The notes beneath the pieces are model-generated. The model saw nothing but the letters and a program-made list of their open reading frames with translations. It had not been told where the DNA came from and did no database searches. Made by a program: the position numbers and the translations under genes. DNA of 57,122 bases from Mycobacterium sp. (GTDB lineage: Bacteria > Actinomycetota > Actinomycetes > Mycobacteriales > Mycobacteriaceae). The stretch's first letter is position 1. Each line of letters begins with the position of its first letter. Location: positions 1 through 57,122 of the forward strand of contig DATKEW010000085.1 in NCBI GenBank assembly GCA_035511785.1. The letters are read 5' to 3'. Below are positions 50,561 through 57,122 of this stretch, in pieces.

Positions 50561-53500
50561 GTGAAGCCTCTCACCTACCGGCTTCCGGACGGCACCATTC
50601 CCGTTCTGGTGTCGGCGGATACCCCCGATCTGCTGCAGGGCGAGGCTGCGGCCCTGCTTTCGTATGCCACAGATCATCTCGAGGTGGCGCCGCAGGCAAT
50701 CGCCGACATGCTGTTCCGGACGCGCATCGCCCGCCGGCACCGGGCCCTGGCCATGGTGGCCGACCGCGACGAATTGCTCGGCGCCCTGCGGGCGATGCTC
50801 GACGGCCGTGAACATCCCGCGCTGATTCGCACGAACGCGGCCGCCACCGTCCGCCGGGTCGCCTACGTCTTTCCCGGCCAAGGAGTCCAGCGACCTGGGA
50901 TGGGAAAGCTCTTCTATGAATCGATCCCGGCATTCCGATCCGAAGTCGATCGCTGCGCCGAGGCATTCGCAAGCCCGCTGGGCGAGTCGCCGCTGGACTA
51001 CCTTCTGGATGAACATCTTCCGGCCGAAGACACCGCGGGTACCGTCCAGCCGGCGTTGTTCACCCAAATGGCTGGCTTGGCCGCGATGTGGCGATCATTT
51101 GGGCTTGCGCCGAACATCACCATCGGGCACAGCCAAGGAGAAATCGCCGCGGCCTACGTGTCCGGCACGATCACCCTGGCGGATTCCGTTAGCGTCGTCG
51201 GGATACGCGCGCGTGCCGCCGACGAGTTCGAATCCGGTGACTACGCAATGGCGGTCGTCGCCGCCGACCGCGACACGTGCGAGGACCTACTGGCGCGTTG
51301 CTCGGGTTGGGCGCAGCTGTCGGTGATCAACTCACCCAGCATGATGGGGATTTCCGGCGATCGGGAAACGGTGCAGGACATCGTCGACACGCTCACCGCG
51401 CGCGGCACGTTCGCGCGGGTCATTCGCGTCCAGTATCCCGCGCACACCAGCCTGATCAACGAGCTCGCCGAAAAGGTACGTGCGGACACGCAACGCGAGC
51501 TGCAGAATCCGAAGTTCCTGGACACCGACATCGACTGCCTGGGCGCCACTCTCGGCGGTCCCATCGCCCAGGACCTATCGGTCGACCAATACTGGTTCTG
51601 GAACCTGCGCAACACGGTTCGATTCGACAAGGCGATCGCCGCCGCGCTACCCCTCGGCATCGACACCTTCGTCGAACTGGCCGAGCACCCGACGCTGCAG
51701 CTCGCGATCCAAGAGAATCTCGCCGCCCTACACGACGGAGACGAACGCGCGACCATGGTGGTCGGCACCTCCAACCGAACTGCCACCGACCTAAGCGAGT
51801 TCACCCGCAATCTCGCGCAGCTGGCCGTGCACGACCTGGCTTACCCGTGGGGGTCCCTGGGCACCGAGCCCGACGGCCCCGCCCCACTGCCGTTGCTCGA
51901 TTTCCCAAACACCCGTATGCACGAGACCCGGCTGTGGCAGCTCTACCGCTCGGTTCTCCGCCATACGGCGGAGCCGGCGCCCGAACCCGTCGCTGAAACC
52001 GCGCCGGCGCGACTGTTCGTCGAGGAGTGGGTTCGGCTATCGCAGCGCTCACTAGTACCGCCGCGTGTCCTTGGAATCGTTGATCACGCCGGGGCCTGTG
52101 CGGAACTGGCAACCGCGCTGTGCCTGGCCGCCGGCGACGTTGGCGCCACCGCTCACCTGATTAGCGACGAAAGCAGCAGTATCAGAAACGATTTCAATAC
52201 GCTGGCAATACTCCTTCCGCAATCGCCGAAACTGGACGACGACTGTGCGGCCGCAGCCGAGGTCGCGAATTTCTTCTCTAACCGCACATGGTGGCCAGGG
52301 CTCAACGATGCGATTACCGACTGCTGGCTGGTGACGGTGGGCGGTGAGGCAGTGGCTGCTGACGATACGCCGCCAGATCCGGTGCACGCGGCGGCGAGTG
52401 CGGGCTTTCGCAGCATAGGCGCCGATCACCCGGGCGTGGGATTCCGGCACCTCGATCTGCCGGCCGGACTGACGACGTCGAAATCTGCAGACGCAATCCT
52501 CGCTGCGCTGCACACCGCGGAAGAATCGGAGCTGGCACTGCGTAACGGTGCCCTCTACGCCAAGCGGATCGTTGTGGGCGACCCCTGCGTCGCCGACTCC
52601 GATAGCGCGCGGCCTGAACACGTACTCATCATCGGGGGGACCGGCAACCTCGGGCTCGAATTCTGCGATCACTTCGTGCAGCGTGGAGCGCGCCGAATCA
52701 CACTGGTAAGCAGATCGGGCGAGACCACCGCAGTCGCAGATCGACTGCAACAGATCCGTTCGGCCGCGCCGACGCAGATCCATGTGATTCGATGCGATGT
52801 TGGTGACCAAGCAGCGGTATCGCGACTGGCCGCCGAAAACCAAGACGCCCCTGCGGATCTGATAGTCCATGCCGCGGTGAACTATTCGCCTATCGAATTA
52901 GCGGATATCACCGCCGAGAAGGTCGACCAGGCGTTGCGCGCCAAGGTTGTCGGCATCTCACACGTGCTGGAAACGTATCCCCGAACTGACAACTGCCGCG
53001 TGATTCTGTGCTCGTCTGCGAGGGCAACGATTGGCGGCCGCGGCCAGGTCGTCTACGCGGCGGCCAATCGAATGCTGGACGCCATGGCACACCGACTCCG
53101 AGCTGAGGGTCTGGACTGCGTTTCCGTGCAGTGGGGCCAGTGGACAGTCCATTTCGAGCTCGATGCGACCAGTACGGCGCAACTGGCCGCTATCGGTGTC
53201 ATTCCAATGTCTCCTGCCGATGCGCTCGCAGTGGGAATGACCCGGTTCCGCGGAAACGCCATCGTTTTGGCATACGACTTTGATCGCGCACGGCCCATGC
53301 TGGAAGCCTACGGTTACGGCCCGTTGGTGTCACAGCTGACGTCGCCTGTTGCCCAAACGTCAGCACCCCTTGCAAAAGCAAGCCGATCCCCCGCTGCGGA
53401 GACGGATGTCTCGCGGCGGTTTATGAGCCTGCTGGCCCAGGCCATCGGTGCCGACAGCGTCGAAAACATCGACATCACGATCCCCATGGTCGCGATCGGC

Positions 53501-53626
53501 CTGGATTCGTTGCGGGCCTTAGAGTTACGCCGTCGTGTCAAGACCGAGTTCAATCGCGATCTGGAGATATCGGATCTCCTGGGCGGGGCGTCGATGGCGG
53601 ACCTTCTCACCAAGCTGAGCAATTAG
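50561..53626 (+). CDS. mbtD: PKS (AT-KR-ACP), MbtD-type
   Basis: VFPGQG, GHSQG, YPAH, GGTGNLG, YAAAN and GLDSL. Confidence 0.9.
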   Translation: MKPLTYRLPDGTIPVLVSADTPDLLQGEAAALLSYATDHLEVAPQAIADMLFRTRIARRHRALAMVADRDELLGALRAMLDGREHPALIRTNAAATVRRVAYVFPGQGVQRPGMGKLFYESIPAFRSEVDRCAEAFASPLGESPLDYLLDEHLPAEDTAGTVQPALFTQMAGLAAMWRSFGLAPNITIGHSQGEIAAAYVSGTITLADSVSVVGIRARAADEFESGDYAMAVVAADRDTCEDLLARCSGWAQLSVINSPSMMGISGDRETVQDIVDTLTARGTFARVIRVQYPAHTSLINELAEKVRADTQRELQNPKFLDTDIDCLGATLGGPIAQDLSVDQYWFWNLRNTVRFDKAIAAALPLGIDTFVELAEHPTLQLAIQENLAALHDGDERATMVVGTSNRTATDLSEFTRNLAQLAVHDLAYPWGSLGTEPDGPAPLPLLDFPNTRMHETRLWQLYRSVLRHTAEPAPEPVAETAPARLFVEEWVRLSQRSLVPPRVLGIVDHAGACAELATALCLAAGDVGATAHLISDESSSIRNDFNTLAILLPQSPKLDDDCAAAAEVANFFSNRTWWPGLNDAITDCWLVTVGGEAVAADDTPPDPVHAAASAGFRSIGADHPGVGFRHLDLPAGLTTSKSADAILAALHTAEESELALRNGALYAKRIVVGDPCVADSDSARPEHVLIIGGTGNLGLEFCDHFVQRGARRITLVSRSGETTAVADRLQQIRSAAPTQIHVIRCDVGDQAAVSRLAAENQDAPADLIVHAAVNYSPIELADITAEKVDQALRAKVVGISHVLETYPRTDNCRVILCSSARATIGGRGQVVYAAANRMLDAMAHRLRAEGLDCVSVQWGQWTVHFELDATSTAQLAAIGVIPMSPADALAVGMTRFRGNAIVLAYDFDRARPMLEAYGYGPLVSQLTSPVAQTSAPLAKASRSPAAETDVSRRFMSLLAQAIGADSVENIDITIPMVAIGLDSLRALELRRRVKTEFNRDLEISDLLGGASMADLLTKLSN

Positions 53627-53679
53627 CAAACGGATCTAGTCCACGTGGCGGTGTCATCGTGAAACGGATTGGTACTCAT
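53623..53679 (-). pseudogene. mbtH: Truncated mbtH (N-terminal stub MSTNPFHDD...)
   Basis: ATG AGT ACC AAT CCG TTT CAC GAT GAC overlaps the mbtG 3' end, as native mbtH does. The frame stops after 18 codons and lacks SLWP/PxGW. Confidence 0.8.
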
Positions 53680-54946
53680 CGCTTTTTTCCATCGGTGTGT
53701 CACTGACTTCCATCCCAGCGCCGAGCACACGGTCGGACAGCAGCCCCAGGCAGCTCAGGTTCGGAAATCCCGGGCCTTCGTTGACTCCGGACAGGTTGGG
53801 CAGGAACAGTTTCGGGATGACACCGCTGACGGCCAAGTCGTGGCCGATAGACTCCTCGAGTCGCTCGCCCGTCAGAGGTCCGCCCACTCCGACTTCCAGG
53901 AGGTCAACGGCGGCCGGGGACAACAACGGCAGGAACCACAGTGGATCGGCACCTGATCCATCGATGACAAGGTCGAAGCGATACAGGGCCTCGAGTGGTT
54001 CACCACAGTTGTCGGTGCTAAGCGTGATCCAGATCTTGCTGTCGCGGTTGACCACTCGAGCAACGCGCCCGCGCTGATGCTTGATTCTTTCATCGGCGAG
54101 GAGTGACTCCTGAACCCGCGCGGAGAAGACTCCACGGTCGGTGCGGGCAATGCAGTCACGCCGTTCATCCTGCGTCAGGCTGCGCCAGCCGGTGGGATCG
54201 GAAAACAGCGAGTTCTCGAAGAAACCCTCGCCACGAGTAAACAGCGTCGCCTGCGGCGAGATCGCCGTGATCGCCGAAACCCGATGATGGAAAAGCTCAT
54301 TGAGGATTGACGCGGCCGTCTCTCCCCCGCCGATGACCGCAACACTGTCGGCAACGATCCGTTCGTGCCGCCCGGCGCGCTCCCAAAACTGCGCAATCGA
54401 CAACACCCGCGAGTCACCCGAAAGCATGGACCGCTCGGGCTGGCCGGGACCGGTGACCATCACCATATCCGCGGTCATGCTCGAGTCACGCGTGTCCAGC
54501 ACCCAGCGCGATTCATCGACTGAGATCCGATCCACTTCGCCGCGAACGACTTTCAAACCCACCACGTCGGCTACCCAGCGCATGTATCCGGCCCACGTGT
54601 CGTGAGTCGGCGCCGGTCTTCCTCGGTCGATCCAGCCAACGAGTTGGTCCGTCGCAACCAAATACGACTGCCAGCTGAATCGCGTCATCCGTTCATCGAC
54701 TTCGTTGTCGCGGCCGGGCACCAGTGTCGATCGGTATGGGAAGCCGACGTCCTTTTCGGGGCTGGTGCCCAATCGCTGGCGGCCATCGGTCCAACCACCG
54801 CCGGCCTGCCAGTTCGCGGCCACGCCAGAGCGTTCGATGGCAACGACGTCGGCGACCTCGGCGTCCATTTCGCGCAGCACCGCCGCCTTCGCGGCCACTG
54901 CCACGGCCTTCGCTCCGGCCCCGATGATCGCCAGCGTGCCGGTCAT
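53654..54946 (-). CDS. mbtG: L-lysine N6-monooxygenase
   Basis: IIGAGAKA, WTDGRQRLGTSPEKD, GGGETAAS and GPGFPNLSCLG. Confidence 0.95.
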   Translation of the reverse strand: MTGTLAIIGAGAKAVAVAAKAAVLREMDAEVADVVAIERSGVAANWQAGGGWTDGRQRLGTSPEKDVGFPYRSTLVPGRDNEVDERMTRFSWQSYLVATDQLVGWIDRGRPAPTHDTWAGYMRWVADVVGLKVVRGEVDRISVDESRWVLDTRDSSMTADMVMVTGPGQPERSMLSGDSRVLSIAQFWERAGRHERIVADSVAVIGGGETAASILNELFHHRVSAITAISPQATLFTRGEGFFENSLFSDPTGWRSLTQDERRDCIARTDRGVFSARVQESLLADERIKHQRGRVARVVNRDSKIWITLSTDNCGEPLEALYRFDLVIDGSGADPLWFLPLLSPAAVDLLEVGVGGPLTGERLEESIGHDLAVSGVIPKLFLPNLSGVNEGPGFPNLSCLGLLSDRVLGAGMEVSDTPMEKSDEYQSVSR

Positions 54947-55068
54947 TGTGCACCAGCCAACAGTTGGCCTAAAGTTCCACCGTTGGGGTTGACGGCCCCG
55001 GTGCTGATACCGACAAGTTCGGCGACCTCGTGGCGGAAGGTCTGAGAACTCGCGGCAGCATGACCCAC
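54943..55068 (-). pseudogene. 41-codon relic of the native mbtB N-terminus, coupled to mbtG
   Basis: GGAGG-N7-GTG, then MGHAAASSQTFRHEVAELVGISTGAVNP..., resembling the M. tuberculosis MbtB N-terminus (MVHATACSEIIRAEVAELLGV, from memory). Its TGA overlaps the mbtG ATG. Confidence 0.72.
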
Positions 55069-55085
55069 AACCACACCTCCAGAGG

Positions 55086-55104
55086 TTAGCCCAGGCTGTC
55101 CTAA
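55086..55104. promoter_or_regulatory. IdeR box of the divergent mbtA / (mbtB stub)-mbtG promoter
   Basis: TTAGCCCAGGCTGTCCTAA, a 19-bp TTA...TAA imperfect palindrome in the canonical mbtA-mbtB intergenic position. Confidence 0.85.
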
Positions 55105-55166
55105 CTTCGTGTACGCTACCCTATGTTTGCCGGGCGGGATACGCTCGCCCCCGACGGAGCCGTTGC

Positions 55167-56813
55167 GTGCCAGTTAACTTGCCCCAGGCGTCCAAAACCG
55201 CAGCACAAACGGCGACGCTGCATGGGTTCGTTCCCTTTCCGTCGGAACGGGTGGCGCGTTACCGAGCGGCTGGCTACTGGACCGGTCGCACCGTCGATTC
55301 AGTGTTGCGGCGCGCCGCGGCGATGTGGCCTCACCGCGTCGCCGTCGTGGACGCTGCCAGCAGCCACACCTACTTCGAGCTGGACGAACTGGCGGACCAA
55401 GCTGCCGGCGGCTTCGCCGCACTCGGGATCGCACCAACTGACCGAGTGCTCTTGCAGCTGCCCAATTCCTGCCGGTTTGCCGTTGCATTGTTCGGTCTGC
55501 TGCGCGCCGGGGCGATTCCGGTGCTGTGTCTCCCCGGGCATCGGTCGGCTGAGCTCAGTCGCTTCATAACGGTCAGCGATGCGGTCGGGTTGGTCATCGC
55601 CGAGACGGCGAGCGGCTTCGACTACCGCTCGATGGCCGAGCAGCTGGTCACGCTCCATCCAGGGCTCCGCCACGTCATCGTCGACGGCGACCCCGGCCCA
55701 TTTACCTCGTGGTCACGGCTGCCCGCCGGTGACGTGCCTCAGTTTGTGTCCGGCACAGCCCTCCCCGCGTTGCTGCTCGTGTCGGGTGGCACCACCGGCG
55801 TGCCGAAGTTGATCCCTCGCACGCACGAGGACTATGTCTACAACGCCACGGCGAGCGCCCAGTTGTGTCGCCTGACAAGTGATGACGTGTATCTCGTGTC
55901 GCTGCCGGCGGCACACAACTTTCCGCTGGCCTGTCCGGGACTGCTTGGTGCGATGACGGTGGGCGCCACCACCGTGTTCGGTACCGATCCCAGCCCGGAG
56001 GCCGCCTTCGCCGCGATTGACCGGCATGGTGTCACGGTCACCGCAGTGGTGCCTGCGCTTGCCAAGTTGTGGGCACAGGCGTGCGACTGGGAGCCAGTGA
56101 CACCAAAGTCGTTGCGGCTGTTGCAGGTTGGTGGGGCGCGACTCGAGCCACAGGACGCTCGCCGGATACGCGCGGCGCTGACCCCCGGCCTGCAACAGGT
56201 GTTCGGGATGGCGGAGGGGCTGCTGAATTACACCCGCCTTGACGATCCGCCGGAACTCATCGAGTACACCCAGGGCCGGCCACTGTGCGCGGGTGACGAA
56301 CTGCGCATCGTCGACGGCGCGGGTGCGCCGGTGGCGCCCGGCGACGAGGGCGAGCTGCTGGTGCGCGGCCCGTATACGCTCAACGGCTACTTCCGTGCCG
56401 AGCGCGACAACGAACGCTGCTTTGATCCCGATGGTTTCTACCGCAGCGGCGACCTTGTCCGCCGCCGGGAAGACGGCTACCTGGTGGTCACCGGCCGGGT
56501 CAAAGACGTCATCTGCCGCGGCGGTGAAACCATCGCCGCAGCAGACGTCGAAGAGCAGATGCTGAGCCACCCGGCGATCTTCTCAGCCGCGGCCGTTCCG
56601 CTGCCCGATCCCTATCTGGGCGAAAAGATCTGCGCTGCCGTCGTTTTCACCGGGCCGCCGGTAAGCCTTGCGGAGTTGAACGCCTACCTGGACCAACGCG
56701 GCGTCGCCGTGCATGCCCGGCCCGACATGTTGGTCCCGATGGCAGCACTGCCCACCACACCCATCGGCAAGATCGACAAAAAGGCGATCGCCCGCCAGGT
56801 CGACGGGCCATAA
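55167..56813 (+). CDS. mbtA: Salicylate-AMP ligase
   Basis: SGGTTGVPKLIPRTH, HNFPLACPG, QVFGMAEGL and GKIDKK. Confidence 0.95.
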   Translation: MPVNLPQASKTAAQTATLHGFVPFPSERVARYRAAGYWTGRTVDSVLRRAAAMWPHRVAVVDAASSHTYFELDELADQAAGGFAALGIAPTDRVLLQLPNSCRFAVALFGLLRAGAIPVLCLPGHRSAELSRFITVSDAVGLVIAETASGFDYRSMAEQLVTLHPGLRHVIVDGDPGPFTSWSRLPAGDVPQFVSGTALPALLLVSGGTTGVPKLIPRTHEDYVYNATASAQLCRLTSDDVYLVSLPAAHNFPLACPGLLGAMTVGATTVFGTDPSPEAAFAAIDRHGVTVTAVVPALAKLWAQACDWEPVTPKSLRLLQVGGARLEPQDARRIRAALTPGLQQVFGMAEGLLNYTRLDDPPELIEYTQGRPLCAGDELRIVDGAGAPVAPGDEGELLVRGPYTLNGYFRAERDNERCFDPDGFYRSGDLVRRREDGYLVVTGRVKDVICRGGETIAAADVEEQMLSHPAIFSAAAVPLPDPYLGEKICAAVVFTGPPVSLAELNAYLDQRGVAVHARPDMLVPMAALPTTPIGKIDKKAIARQVDGP

Positions 56814-56817
56814 ACCC

Positions 56818-56878
56818 CGCGAGCGTAACGCCGGTGCGAAAGACTGCCCGGTGGATTCGCGGCCACGTTACGCTCGCG
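56818..56878. repeat. REP-like inverted repeat / terminator between convergent mbtA and mbtI
   Basis: CGCGAGCGTAACG (56818-56830) and CGTTACGCTCGCG (56866-56878) form a perfect 13-bp IR. Confidence 0.75.
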
Positions 56879-56911
56879 ATCACGGTTGGAGGCCGGCAGG
56901 GGGTGAAGTCG

Positions 56912-57122
<211 letters not shown>

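Noticed and set aside
53628-53669. 8-bp repeat AAACGGAT near the cassette junction
   Set aside because: It is too short, both copies are on the same side, and no matching target-site duplication or transposase was seen at the other end.

Overview
High-GC DNA from a Mycobacterium, probably a slow-growing non-tuberculous species. It is largely syntenic with M. tuberculosis Rv2334-Rv2386c (cysK1-cysE, tRNA-Asn, dnaG, dgt, esx pair, PPE38-like, glyS, smtB-zur, uppS, recO, amiA2, era, ybeY, phoH, rsmE, dnaJ2, hrcA, cfp2, mbtA/mbtI). Departures from that backbone: (1) At the left end is a sulfur module. A family 2A encapsulin is divergent from a leaderless poly-cysteine attenuator sORF, which precedes a degenerate thioester-domain (TQXA-like) gene, cysK and cysE. 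(2) A collapsed ~0.9 kb integrative-element remnant is bounded by a 21-bp duplication of the tRNA-Asn 3' end. (3) There is a shortened SodC paralog, two decayed transporter genes and a CMD/ECF41 pair. (4) The mycobactin locus has been rebuilt. The native mbtB-to-mbtF block survives only as a 41-codon stub and mbtH as an 18-codon stub. A ~20.6 kb cassette sits between cfp2 and mbtG, containing a SagB/ThcOx-type azoline oxidase, mbtE-mbtF-mbtB and, divergently, GNAT-TE-mbtC-mbtD, with a duplicated IdeR box. It may make an oxazole-type, nocobactin-like siderophore using the resident mbtA/mbtG/mbtI. All homology calls come from motif recognition and recall, not from database searches.
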